DNA of 61,406 nucleotides, filler included. It is 7 parts of 7 records of this genome, joined end to end, with 100 filler letters (N's around TTAATTAATTAA, not from the genome) between each part and the next. Parts side by side here need not be neighbours in the genome. Positions count along the whole stretch, not along the records: positions 1 to 14,066 come from SRR20825010_1963; positions 14,167 to 19,171 come from SRR20825010_1973; 5 more parts are not named here. One strand, written 5' to 3'. Numbering within the stretch: position 1 is the first letter of the stretch; every line of letters starts with the position of its first letter. The notes below the pieces were generated by a model. It had not been told where the DNA came from, did no database searches, and was given only the letters and a program-made list of their open reading frames with translations. Below, one piece after another: positions 9,331-18,935 of this stretch. Both the position numbers and the translations under genes were made by a program.

Positions 9331-11421
9331 TCAGGCCGCTTGCTTGCGGGTCAGGATGAGATATCCGAGTTCGTTGACGGTCGCGTCGAACGCGGATGTC
9401 ACGATGGTTGTGGTCTGGGACTCGGAGATGATAGCCGGGCCCTGAATGGATGCTCCAACGGGCAGGCTGTCGCGCCAATAGATCTTGGCTTCGACATAGC
9501 TGCCACTGGCCGGATCGAACAGCTCGCGCTTGCCGGTTGCTTCCGCCGTACCGCCGCTGGGCGCTGTCAGCTCGGCCGGGATCTGCGGCCGCGGGGCCGT
9601 CATGGTCAGCGTCCAGCTGAGGATTTCCGGTTCCGGTCCCGGGATGATCCGGCCATAGAGCCGCTTGTACTCGCTCTCGAACGCCGCCCGGATCGTGTCA
9701 GCATGGTCTGCCGTCAGGGCACCGTCGGGCAGGGGAACGGCGATTTCATGACCCTGTCCGACATAGCGCATGAAGGCGGTCCGGGTTTCCTCAAGCGCGG
9801 CACCGCCAGCGCCACTGGAAACGATGACGCGGGCCTCGTCCGCCATGCCGGAGAGCAGGGTATTGATCTCACCCGCATCGAAGTCCGAAAGCTTGACGTA
9901 TCTGGAGCGGACCACTTCGTAGGAGATCGGCGCGCGCAGGAAGCCGATTGCCGAGCCGACACCGGCGCCGGTCGGCACCACGACTGTCGGAATGTCGAGT
10001 TTCTCTGCTAGTCTGGCTGCGTGCAGCGGGGCGGCGCCGCCGAAAGCGATCATGGCCCGGGCCGCGATATCCTTGCCCCACTCGATGGCATGGACGCGCG
10101 CGGCGTTGGCCATGTTCTCGTCGACGATCTCGCAGACACCGAAGGCGGACAGCACTTCGGTGAGATCCATCTTGTCGCCAACCTCGGTTTTCAGGGCCGC
10201 TTTGGCCTTGTCCGGGTTGAGGGAGACGGAGCCTCCGGCGAAGCTCGCCGGATCGATTTTGCCGAGCACCACGTCCGCGTCCGTCACGGTCGGTTTTGTG
10301 CCGCCCTGATCGTAGCTGGCCGGTCCCGGATCGGCACCCGCGCTGTGCGGCCCGACGGCAATCCGGCCGAGCTTGTCGACAGCCGCGATGGAGCCACCGC
10401 CGGCACCGATCTCGACCATCTCGATGGCGGGAATGCGGACAGGCCAGCCGCTGCCCTTCATGTTGCGGTAGACCCGCGCGACCTCGAAGGTGCGCGTCGT
10501 CTGCGGCATGAAATCGTCCAGCAGGCAGATTTTCGCGGTGGTGCCGCCCATATCGTAGGAGACAACACTGGCAAGATCGCATTCGCGGGCAATTTCACTG
10601 GCCAGGATGGCGCCGCCCGCAGGACCGGATTCGACAAGCCGGATCGGGAATTTCATCGCCGTGTCCAGCGTGGTCAGCCCGCCGCCGGAGGTCATCAGCA
10701 GAACCGGGCAGGCGAACCCGCGTTTTTTCAGGTCTTCGCGCAGGATGCCGAGATAGCGGGACATGATCGGCTGCACATAGGCGTTCGCGGAGGCCGTCGA
10801 TTGCCGTTCGTATTCACGGATTTCCGGGCAAACCTCGCTCGACAGCGTGATGCTGAGATTGGGGAGCGCCTTGCCCAAGATTTCGCTGACACGCTTTTCA
10901 TGTGCGCCATTGGCGTAGGAGTGAATGAGACCGATGGCGACCGAGCCGATCTCGTGGCTCTCGATTTGCGGGACCAGCGCCTCGACGCTCGCCTCGTCCA
11001 GCGGGATCAGCACTTCGCCCTTGAAATTCAGGCGTTCGCGCACGGACCAGCGCAGATTGCGCGGCACCAGCGGGTCTGGCCGGTCGATATTGATGTCATA
11101 TTGTTCGAACCGGTTCTCGAAGGCCATTTCCACGGAGTCCCGCAGGCCTTCCGTCGTAATAAGCGCCGTCTTGGCGCCTTTCCGCTCGATCAGGGCATTC
11201 GTTGCCAGAGTGGTGCCGTGGATAATCAGTCCGATATCGGCCGGTGAGGCATTAGCCACCTCAAGCGCCTTTTCGATACCCTCCATCACACCACGCTCGG
11301 GCATTGACGGGGTTGTCAGCACCTTCGCCGTGAAGCGTTTGGGGCCAAATTCAAGTGCGACATCCGTAAAGGTGCCGCCGACATCGACCGCGAGGCGGCC
11401 TTGTACAGAGGTCTCAGGCAT
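9331..11421 (-). CDS. hydantoinase A / oxoprolinase family protein
   Basis: DVGGTFTD, HGTTLATNALIER, SGPAGG, DMGGTT, IGAGGGS, SAGADPGP and PTVTDA motifs. Confidence 0.93.
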   Translation of the reverse strand: MPETSVQGRLAVDVGGTFTDVALEFGPKRFTAKVLTTPSMPERGVMEGIEKALEVANASPADIGLIIHGTTLATNALIERKGAKTALITTEGLRDSVEMAFENRFEQYDINIDRPDPLVPRNLRWSVRERLNFKGEVLIPLDEASVEALVPQIESHEIGSVAIGLIHSYANGAHEKRVSEILGKALPNLSITLSSEVCPEIREYERQSTASANAYVQPIMSRYLGILREDLKKRGFACPVLLMTSGGGLTTLDTAMKFPIRLVESGPAGGAILASEIARECDLASVVSYDMGGTTAKICLLDDFMPQTTRTFEVARVYRNMKGSGWPVRIPAIEMVEIGAGGGSIAAVDKLGRIAVGPHSAGADPGPASYDQGGTKPTVTDADVVLGKIDPASFAGGSVSLNPDKAKAALKTEVGDKMDLTEVLSAFGVCEIVDENMANAARVHAIEWGKDIAARAMIAFGGAAPLHAARLAEKLDIPTVVVPTGAGVGSAIGFLRAPISYEVVRSRYVKLSDFDAGEINTLLSGMADEARVIVSSGAGGAALEETRTAFMRYVGQGHEIAVPLPDGALTADHADTIRAAFESEYKRLYGRIIPGPEPEILSWTLTMTAPRPQIPAELTAPSGGTAEATGKRELFDPASGSYVEAKIYWRDSLPVGASIQGPAIISESQTTTIVTSAFDATVNELGYLILTRKQAA

Positions 11422-11513
11422 TTCGATACAATCGGTTTGAATAAGAGAGAAGTCGGAGAGGAGTGAGCATTAGTAAAGACGTATGATTGCCGGGCGTCAA
11501 TGAATGACAGTGA

Positions 11514-11711
11514 TCATAACCGGACAACATTGACCGGCTCCGCTTTCAGCACCTCGACGCAGTATCGCCGCGCCTCGGCTTCAGCCTGATCCTGATCTTC
11601 GTAAAGGGTGGAGGTGTGCGAGGATTCGACCTGACGGCCGTCCTGCCAGACTGACCATGGATACCGGATTCCGTCCGGACTGGCCCAGCATTCTATGTAG
11701 ATCTCGATCAT
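11514..11711 (-). CDS. small hypothetical protein (65 aa)
   Basis: Fills an intergenic gap, has GAGG upstream of the ATG and a globular-looking composition (YPWSVWQDG, AEAEARRYC). Confidence 0.6.
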   Translation of the reverse strand: MIEIYIECWASPDGIRYPWSVWQDGRQVESSHTSTLYEDQDQAEAEARRYCVEVLKAEPVNVVRL

Positions 11712-11915
11712 GACCTCGATCCCAAAGCCGGCTTGAAGAGTTGTAAGATATTAGTCGGTTGCACGACTGTTTTTGAAACTGGCTTATTTAATCATCCCGG
11801 CGGGGGGCATGGCGAGTGTCTGTTCCGTTTTTCCGCCAGAAAGGGAGTACGCGGTTGAGCTGGCGGGTAAAATTGGATCGGGCGGAAGAGGATTGATGGG
11901 CATCCCGTGTCCGGA

Positions 11916-12857
11916 TCAGCCGGGGGCTCCCTGAAAACGCGAAAAGTATGATTCTGACGGTGGCGGCAAAGCGCCATCCACGCCGTTGACGGTGCTTTCC
12001 AGATACACTTGCGCCGGCTGCTTCAGCAGAGTGTATATCCGTTCGGCAAGTTCGGTGGCCCTGCGGCCGCTCCACGCCTCGGGCATGATGCAGGAGGGAA
12101 GACCGGGATCCCGGAGCAGGGCGCGCCGATAGACGTGGATCATCAGCACTCGCAGCAGGAAAGCCGTGTCGGGTGCGAGAGTTTCGTGCGTGTTTTCAAT
12201 AACATCCAGAATAGGCATGAAGCCTTCGATAAACGCCTGATATGCAGTATCCGTCTTTTCCAGATCCCAGGCTTCCTGGCATAGTGCCCGCAGGGTCATT
12301 ACGGCGGAATCCGGGGCGGCTTCGAACAGCGCGACCCGGTCTTCGAGGCCAAGATGTGCGAGTTCCTGCTTTGCGCCGCCGAGGTCCCCACCGATGCCAA
12401 GCAGGACCTGCGGGCCGAAAGCGCCATATCCCGCCCAACCAAGCACTTTCCTGAGGGATTCGCGCTCTGTGCTGTTTATGGCGCTGGTCAGCAAGGCAAT
12501 TTGCCAGGGTGCTCCGGTCATCTCGCGACTGCGGGCCGGTGCATAGATTCTCCGCTGGGCGACATCGAAATCCTGGCGGCCGTTTTCTGTCAGCGAATAG
12601 ATACTGCGGCGTCCGATCTGCCGTGCCGTCAGGATCTCGTCCTGAACCAGCCTGAAAACGGCCGTTCGAACCACCCGCTCACCGATGCCGAAAAGCTCCA
12701 TCAGGCTGATCAGGTCGCTGAGCCAGGCGGTGCCGCCATGCGGCAGGATCGCGTCCCCGTAGACTGTCACGATCAGGGATTTCGCGCGCGGCTTCAGCTC
12801 CGAGAGCATGTCCCGGGCGAGAACGGAAAGCGCGTCTGGGCTCATGGCGGGGGGCAT
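11916..12857 (-). CDS. paaX: phenylacetate degradation repressor PaaX
   Basis: PRAKSLIVTVYGDA, ERVVRTAVFRL and RRALLRDPGLP motifs. ATG 12857 overlaps the paaI stop. Confidence 0.9.
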   Translation of the reverse strand: MPPAMSPDALSVLARDMLSELKPRAKSLIVTVYGDAILPHGGTAWLSDLISLMELFGIGERVVRTAVFRLVQDEILTARQIGRRSIYSLTENGRQDFDVAQRRIYAPARSREMTGAPWQIALLTSAINSTERESLRKVLGWAGYGAFGPQVLLGIGGDLGGAKQELAHLGLEDRVALFEAAPDSAVMTLRALCQEAWDLEKTDTAYQAFIEGFMPILDVIENTHETLAPDTAFLLRVLMIHVYRRALLRDPGLPSCIMPEAWSGRRATELAERIYTLLKQPAQVYLESTVNGVDGALPPPSESYFSRFQGAPG

Positions 12858-13336
12858 CAGTGAGGCGTGTCCTCTATGAGCGCGCCGCCGAGGGTGCGGG
12901 ACTTGCCGCGAAAGAAGGCGATGGGTATGCCGTCGGACGTTGCCACGGCTGTGTCGTAAATCCCCGAACGGCCGCGTTGAAACTGTTCTTCGCAGGTCGC
13001 GACGAGTTCGTCTCCCTCGCGTGCCAGATGGACAAAACTGATGTCGCAACTCTGTGCCACCGTCAGGGTGTTTCCAGAATTGCAGGCGAAGGCAAAGGCG
13101 CTGTCGGCAAGGCAGAAGATCATGCCGCCATGGCAGGTGCCGTGACCGTTCAGCATGTCGGCGCGGACTTTCATGCGCAGCCGCGCGTATCCGGGCGCTA
13201 CCTGCTCCACCTTCATACCCAGGGCTCTGGTCGCCGGATCATTTTCATACATCCAGTCGGCAACGCGCCGGGCTGTCTCGTCAGCGGTGTTCTCCGCAGC
13301 ATTCTTGGCGGCATCTTTCGCCTGTTTGTCGCTCAT
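12857..13336 (-). CDS. paaI: hydroxyphenylacetyl-CoA thioesterase PaaI (hot-dog fold)
   Basis: MLNGHGTCHGGMIFCLADSAFAFACNS and GRSGIYD motifs, in a paa context. Confidence 0.92.
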   Translation of the reverse strand: MSDKQAKDAAKNAAENTADETARRVADWMYENDPATRALGMKVEQVAPGYARLRMKVRADMLNGHGTCHGGMIFCLADSAFAFACNSGNTLTVAQSCDISFVHLAREGDELVATCEEQFQRGRSGIYDTAVATSDGIPIAFFRGKSRTLGGALIEDTPH

Positions 13337-13356
13337 GCTGTGCGGTTCCCATGCGT

Positions 13357-13405
13357 TAATATGATACAATTTTTCTGGACGGATTAAAAAATATGTATCA
13401 CATTA
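13357..13405. promoter_or_regulatory. putative PaaX operator (long-spaced inverted repeat) in the paaI/paaA divergent promoter
   Basis: TAATATGATACA-N25-TGTATCACATTA. The arms match 11/12 and the GATACA...TGTATC core resembles PaaX operators. Confidence 0.75.
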
Positions 13406-13447
13406 TTGCTGCTGTTCGGCAACGTCCGAGTTAAGCGAGGAAACGCA

Positions 13448-14066
13448 ATGGTGGAAAGCCAAAGTCCGGGCCAATCCTCCGAAACGGAACAAGCGGCACG
13501 TTTCCAGGCGCGGGTCGATCAGGAAATCAAGATCGAGCCGCGTGACTGGATGCCGGAGGCGTACCGGAAAAACCTGGTCCGTCAGATTTCCCAGCACGCG
13601 CATTCAGAAATCGTCGGCATGCTGCCGGAGGGCTGCTGGGTAACGCGGGCACCGTCCCTGCGCCGTAAGGTGCAGTTGCTGGCCAAGATCCAGGATGAAG
13701 CCGGGCATGGACTTTATCTCTACAGCGCGGCCGAAACCCTCGGCACACCACGATCGGAGATGATCGACGCGTTGCATAGCGGCCGGGCGAAATATTCTAA
13801 CATTTTCAATTACCCGGTCCTCTCCTGGGCGGATATCGGCACGATTGGCTGGTTGGTCGACGGTGCTGCCATCATCAACCAGATCGCTCTCTGCCGGTGC
13901 TCTTACGGGCCTTACGCGCGGGCGATGGAACGGATCTGCCGGGAAGAGAGCTTTCATCAGCGTCAGGGCTACGAAGTCATGATGTCGATGGCCTTCGGGA
14001 CCATGGAACAGAAACGCATGGCGCAGAGCGCGCTGGACCGCTGGTGGTGGCCGTCGCTGATGATGT
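13448..14066 (+). CDS. paaA: phenylacetyl-CoA epoxidase subunit A, truncated by contig end
   Basis: [44 protein letters not shown] and EESFH (di-iron ligands). Confidence 0.95.
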
Positions 14067-14166
14067 NNNNNNNNNNNNNNNNNNNNNNNNNNNNNNNNNN
14101 NNNNNNNNNNTTAATTAATTAANNNNNNNNNNNNNNNNNNNNNNNNNNNNNNNNNNNNNNNNNNNN
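14067..14166. other. artificial contig spacer (N-run / TTAATTAATTAA / N-run)
   Basis: 100-nt spacer with the six-frame stop linker at 14111-14122. Confidence 0.98.
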
Positions 14167-14393
14167 GGCTCGTTCAGACTGTATAGCGCACTGTCCGTTT
14201 CCAGTTGGTCACTGACCAGCGTATCGATCTCATCACTGGCCAGCCCCTTGGGAATCCTGGAAGCAGTCACCACCGGCAATCCCACCACGTCGGGCGGAAA
14301 ATCACACTCATGGGTGACACCCACCAGACTGTCACGGAGTCCAATGCCACAGATGATCTCTGTGGCGCTGGGCAACAGCGAGACAACCCTCAA
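14167..14393 (-). CDS. BtuF-like cobalamin/iron-siderophore ABC substrate-binding protein, 5' part
   Basis: MRVVSLLPSATEII..GL..LVGVTHECDFP N-terminus. The start overlaps the upstream stop and the gene is truncated at the contig end. Confidence 0.8.
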
Positions 14394-15085
14394 GCCACCA
14401 CCTCTTTCAGGTCAGTGTACAAAAACCCCTCCCGAGTCACTGTTTCACCCACCTCAACCCGTATCGGCCATTTGAACATCGGCCCGTTCCAGGCAAAGCT
14501 GTGGAATTCACCATTCTCCCCGCAGGGATCGACCTTTGCCGGCAGTTTCGTCAGAAAATCCAGATTGAACGCGGCGCCCGCCAGTGACTGGGGCATCCTA
14601 CCGGGGTCCAGACAGGTCACACGTGCCTGCAAGCCACTGTCCACCATGGCCCGGGCCAGTTGATCTGTGGGCGTAGCCCAGATCGGAAACAATACCTCAA
14701 GCCCGGTCTGTGCCATACGGCTTTCGCGGTAGGCGCGAATGTCCTCCAGAAACAGGTCGCCAAAGGCAATGGCGTCGGGTGAGAATTGCTGTATGGCTTC
14801 CTCCAGCCCGGTACGCATGGCCTGCTCATACTGCTCATTGCTGCACGGCCAGGGCAGGGGAATCGCCAACAGCGGCAAGCCGGCAGCATCCGCCTGGGCG
14901 CGTACCAGGTTCAGGCGGACGCCGTGGATGGCCGAGCGGGCAAACGCCTGATTGTAGGTGGTCAACAACCCGACCACCTCCACGGTGGGATCCCGCTGCA
15001 ATTGATAAAGCGCCCAGGCGGAATCCTTGCCACTGCTCCAGGACAATAACACTCGGGTTTTCCCGAGTCTGCTGAAATCGGTCAC
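14390..15085 (-). CDS. PP-loop ATPase, diphthamide synthase (Dph6/MJ0570)-like family
   Basis: SWSSGKDS PP-loop, FGDLFLEDIRAYRE, FPIW and DPCGENGEFHS motifs. Confidence 0.88.
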   Translation of the reverse strand: MTDFSRLGKTRVLLSWSSGKDSAWALYQLQRDPTVEVVGLLTTYNQAFARSAIHGVRLNLVRAQADAAGLPLLAIPLPWPCSNEQYEQAMRTGLEEAIQQFSPDAIAFGDLFLEDIRAYRESRMAQTGLEVLFPIWATPTDQLARAMVDSGLQARVTCLDPGRMPQSLAGAAFNLDFLTKLPAKVDPCGENGEFHSFAWNGPMFKWPIRVEVGETVTREGFLYTDLKEVVA

Positions 15086-15111
15086 GCTACGCAGCTCCCT
15101 GAGCTGACAAC

Positions 15112-17061
15112 TTATTGGGTGAAGCTGTAGCGAACACCCACCATGGCACCAAAACCGAGTGTCTCATAACCAAAAACCTCTTCATAATCTTCATCCAGCA
15201 GGTTTTCCAGCCGGGTATAAATGGTCAGTGATTTGCCCGCCTGATACTGGGCACTCAGATTCACCAGCGTGTAATCATCCAGTTCAATCCGTGTTGAAGG
15301 TTGCGGCCAGGGTGGAAAATACTGGTCATCCTGGTGGCCATTGTACTGGGCATTCAGAACAATATTGAGGCGTTCAGCCACCTGCCAGTTCAGCGTCGTA
15401 CTGCCGAGATGGCGGGGCCGACGCAGTTCATCCACATCCCGACCGCCACTGTCTGGCTCAGTGGCATCCGTGTAGGTGTAACTGCCCTTGAGGGACAGGG
15501 TCGGCGTCAGGCTGGCATCAAAGGTCAGCTCTACACCCTGCCGGTCGCTGTTACCATCGACATTTTCTGCTGTGAAGGCAAAGGCAACCGGATCATAGAC
15601 AAACCCGTTGATTTCATTTTCCAGACGGGCGCGGAAATAGGTCAGGCCAAGTATCAACCGGTCATCAAACAGTGACTGATCGACACCCACATCCCAACTG
15701 GTGGACTTTTCCGGGCGCAGGTCGGGGTTGCCGACAAAATTTGTATAGAAACCAAAGCGCTCGGAGAACGTGGGGTTTTTCACCGCGGTGCCCCAGCTTG
15801 CACGCAAACGCGTGGCGGATGCGGGGATGCGGTAACTGGCATCAAAGCGCCGCGTGTAGGCATTCTGAAACTCACTGTTGTCATCGTGACGCACACTGGC
15901 ACCCAGTGTCAGGTCATCCCACAACACCACCCGGTACTCCAGTACCACACTGTCGGTTTCGCGGCTTTGATTCTGGTTCGGGTCACCAAAAAGAATGGGG
16001 CCTCGCTGACGAAAATCCTCGGTTTCCCGCTCCAGCAGCAGCGACAGGCGCTGGGTCTGCTCATCCCAGCTGAAACTGGTGAGGTAGCTGTACTGTTTTT
16101 TCCGCGTGGCATTCGAACCGGTGGTCGCGCCATCGGTATAGTTTTCATTGTTGTGGCGACTGACAGCCAGAGCGACCCGGTGCTGCCAGCGATTATCCAG
16201 CAGGGACAAGTCCGCCTGGGCGCGGACAAAGCGCTGTCGGAAATCTGATTCATGGTCGCCGTCCTCCGGCAAACCGGTAATCAGGTCATCAATGCCATCA
16301 AATTCATTTTCACCTTCTGTCTGACGAGCCGTCAGGGATAGGCCCAGGTTATCCAGCGGTCGCCAGCCGGCGTTGAGGTTGAGCGTGCTATTGCGATAGC
16401 CATCATCTTCACTGCCAGAGCGGGAAATATTGTCGCCGTCGGCAGACAGGTGAGAACCACTGAGGTTGATGCGAGCTGTCCCGGCACTGGCACCGATAAC
16501 AAAGCCCGTATGGTTGGTGCCATGACTGCCGCCTTCGGAGAAAACCTGCGCCTGAAATGGCTCGTCTGCCTGACGGGTAATTATATTGATTACCCCCGCC
16601 ACAGCATCGCTGCCCCAAAGGGCGCTCTGTGCACCCCGCACCACCTCGATCCGTTCAACCCCGGCGGTAGACATGTGAGCCCAGTTAAATTCATCGGCCT
16701 GGGCACCGTCATTCACCTCAACACCATCCACCAACACCAGCACATGGTTGCCTTCGGCACCGCGCATTCTCAACTGAGTAGTGGAACCGAGTGGACCACT
16801 CCGGTTGATGGCGATACCGGGCACATCGCGCAACAGGTCACTGACCACGGCGGCACCACTGACTTCGATATCCCGGGAGGAAATAACATGAATGGCGTTG
16901 CCGGTCTGCTGCAACTGAACCGGTGCCAGGGACGCGGTGACCACGACTTCCTGAAGATTATTTTTACCGGTTTCAGTGTCAATCGCCGTTTCGGCAGCCT
17001 GTGCGCTGGCAATAGAGATGACAAGGAGTGCCAGGCAACTGACGGGAGGAAATTTTTTCAT
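15112..17061 (-). CDS. btuB: TonB-dependent vitamin B12 receptor
   Basis: Signal peptide, TonB box EVVVTA, plug motifs (LRDVPG, RGAEGNHVLVLVDG, ERIEVVRGAQSALWGSDAVAGVINIIT), C-terminal ENLLDEDY...YSF. It lies downstream of a cobalamin riboswitch. Confidence 0.88.
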   Translation of the reverse strand: MKKFPPVSCLALLVISIASAQAAETAIDTETGKNNLQEVVVTASLAPVQLQQTGNAIHVISSRDIEVSGAAVVSDLLRDVPGIAINRSGPLGSTTQLRMRGAEGNHVLVLVDGVEVNDGAQADEFNWAHMSTAGVERIEVVRGAQSALWGSDAVAGVINIITRQADEPFQAQVFSEGGSHGTNHTGFVIGASAGTARINLSGSHLSADGDNISRSGSEDDGYRNSTLNLNAGWRPLDNLGLSLTARQTEGENEFDGIDDLITGLPEDGDHESDFRQRFVRAQADLSLLDNRWQHRVALAVSRHNNENYTDGATTGSNATRKKQYSYLTSFSWDEQTQRLSLLLERETEDFRQRGPILFGDPNQNQSRETDSVVLEYRVVLWDDLTLGASVRHDDNSEFQNAYTRRFDASYRIPASATRLRASWGTAVKNPTFSERFGFYTNFVGNPDLRPEKSTSWDVGVDQSLFDDRLILGLTYFRARLENEINGFVYDPVAFAFTAENVDGNSDRQGVELTFDASLTPTLSLKGSYTYTDATEPDSGGRDVDELRRPRHLGSTTLNWQVAERLNIVLNAQYNGHQDDQYFPPWPQPSTRIELDDYTLVNLSAQYQAGKSLTIYTRLENLLDEDYEEVFGYETLGFGAMVGVRYSFTQ

Positions 17062-17189
17062 TAACAAGTCTCCGGCGTTCGACCCCGAACGCGTGCTGAG
17101 TGAGATCAGTCCACGGAGTTATGATTGGCGATGAAACAGGAAAACTGTCGACACCAACGCAACCACACCCCGTGGTTCGTTTGCGTAGC

Positions 17190-17410
17190 GACAGGCCGGT
17201 CTCCGGACTCATGAGCGGTTTCCCCTGCCAGATCGCCTTCCCATGCATGTGCACAGTGGCTGTGTGATCTGGCGTTTGAACCCGTACTGCGGGTTCACTC
17301 AATTACCGTTGCGGGGGCAGTGTCGGGTTTGCCTTTGACTGGCGTCATGGAGCGCACCGACTTCCCGTTTCACCCGACGCACTGAACGCTGCGTCGAGAA
17401 CCTGTTGCCT
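17190..17410 (-). ncRNA. cobalamin riboswitch
   Basis: The minus strand reads AGGT...AAACGGGAA...CTGCCCCCGCAACGGTAA...GCCACTG...TGGGAAGGC...GAGTCCGGAGACCGGCCT, i.e. the conserved B12-element motifs in order, upstream of btuB. Boundaries are approximate. Confidence 0.93.
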
Positions 17411-17424
17411 AAGCAAGGTGGAGG

Positions 17425-17453
17425 AATTTACGCCCGGAACCGGGCAAAGTCAA
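17425..17453 (-). promoter_or_regulatory. putative sigma70 promoter for the riboswitch-btuB transcript
   Basis: Minus strand TTGACT-17 nt-TAAATT immediately upstream of the riboswitch. Confidence 0.6.
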
Positions 17454-17490
17454 TTTTGGGTTTTGCATGGGAGACGCGGGCAGGGAGGCA

Positions 17491-18861
17491 TTAGCCAAGC
17501 GCATCCAGCGCATCGGTCAGTTTGCGCACCGGTATCACTTCCATCCCCTTGATCGGTTGGCGAGGGGCATTACCAAAGGGGATTATGGCACGCTTGAAGC
17601 CATGTTTGGCGGCCTCTCGCAGTCGCTCCTGACCGTTTTGCACAGGCCTGATCTCCCCGGACAGGCCCACCTCGCCAAAGACCACCAGATCACGGGGCAG
17701 CGGGTGATCACGGAAGCTGGAAATAACCGCCAGGATCAGCGCCAGATCGGCACTGGTCTCCAAGACCTTGACGCCACCCACCACATTCACAAAGACGTCC
17801 TGATCACCGACCATGATTCCGCCGTGACGGTGCAACACCGCCAGCAGCATCGCCAGCCGATTGTGCTCCAGTCCCACGGTCACCCGCCTCGGGTTACTCA
17901 GGTGACTGTCATCCACCAGCGCCTGCAACTCCACCAACAGGGGCCGGGTGCCCTCCCAGACCACAATAACCACGCTGCCGGAAGCCACCTCATCACCTCG
18001 TTGCAAAAAGATGGCGGAGGGATTTGCCACTTCGCGTAGCCCCCTGTCGGTCATGGCAAACACGCCCAGCTCATTGACCGCACCGAAGCGATTTTTGTGG
18101 CTGCGCAGGGTCCGGAAATGGCTGTCGCTGGTTCCCTCGAGCATCAGCGAACAATCGATCATGTGCTCCAACACCTTGGGGCCAGCCAGACTGCCATCCT
18201 TGGTGACATGGCCCACCAGCAGCAACACTGTGCCCGTCTGTTTTGCGTAGCGAACCAGCATTGCGGCACATTCCCGCACCTGTGAAACGCTGCCGGGCGC
18301 CGAGGCAATCTCCTCAAGTTGCATGACCTGAATGGAATCAACCACCAGAATTCTGGGCTGTACCCGCGCGGCAGTGGCACAGACCGTTTCCACGGAAGTC
18401 TCTGCCATGATCTGCAACCGGTGTACCGGCAGCCCCAGACGATGGGCCCGCATGGCGACCTGTTGCGGGGATTCTTCACCAGTGACATAGAGGGCCACCT
18501 GACTCTCTGCCAGTTTGCAGAGGGTTTGCAGTAGCAAGGTGCTTTTCCCTGCGCCCGGCTCGCCGCCCACCAGAATGCAGGATCCAGGCACCAGTCCACC
18601 ACCCAGCACCAGATCCAGCTCCTGACTACCCGCACTGATACGGGGAATATCGGCCAGATCGATTTCCGCCAGCGTGTTCACCACACCGTCGGCAGCCCCG
18701 GCAAAGCCACCGCCACTGCGGCTACCCGGGGTGGCAACGGCGCCGAGACGCACTTCAGTCAAGGTATTCCATGCACCACAGTCGGAGCACTGCCCCTGCC
18801 ACTTGGTGTAATCCGCACCACAGTCGTTGCAAACATAGGCAGTGGTTTTCTTTCTGGCCAA
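17491..18861 (-). CDS. radA: DNA repair protein RadA/Sms
   Basis: CNDCG...WQGQCSDC Zn finger, GEPGAGKST, KNRFG motif and a Lon-like C-terminus GEVGLSGEIR. Confidence 0.97.
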   Translation of the reverse strand: MARKKTTAYVCNDCGADYTKWQGQCSDCGAWNTLTEVRLGAVATPGSRSGGGFAGAADGVVNTLAEIDLADIPRISAGSQELDLVLGGGLVPGSCILVGGEPGAGKSTLLLQTLCKLAESQVALYVTGEESPQQVAMRAHRLGLPVHRLQIMAETSVETVCATAARVQPRILVVDSIQVMQLEEIASAPGSVSQVRECAAMLVRYAKQTGTVLLLVGHVTKDGSLAGPKVLEHMIDCSLMLEGTSDSHFRTLRSHKNRFGAVNELGVFAMTDRGLREVANPSAIFLQRGDEVASGSVVIVVWEGTRPLLVELQALVDDSHLSNPRRVTVGLEHNRLAMLLAVLHRHGGIMVGDQDVFVNVVGGVKVLETSADLALILAVISSFRDHPLPRDLVVFGEVGLSGEIRPVQNGQERLREAAKHGFKRAIIPFGNAPRQPIKGMEVIPVRKLTDALDALG

Positions 18862-18935
18862 GTAACAATCTCCCGAAAATGCTTTTCAGTCTACCATGTG
18901 ATATCTCCCGTTCAGGGTGTTTAACTGTGGAGATA

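Noticed and set aside
7738-11247. Long plus-strand ORFs (522 aa and 408 aa) as overlapping genes
   Set aside because: They lie exactly antisense to the hydantoinase genes, have no recognisable motifs, and are expected from high-GC codon bias.
12858-13049. N-terminal extension of PaaX in the ORF track
   Set aside because: It overlaps paaI in another frame. The coupled ATG at 12857 is the better start.
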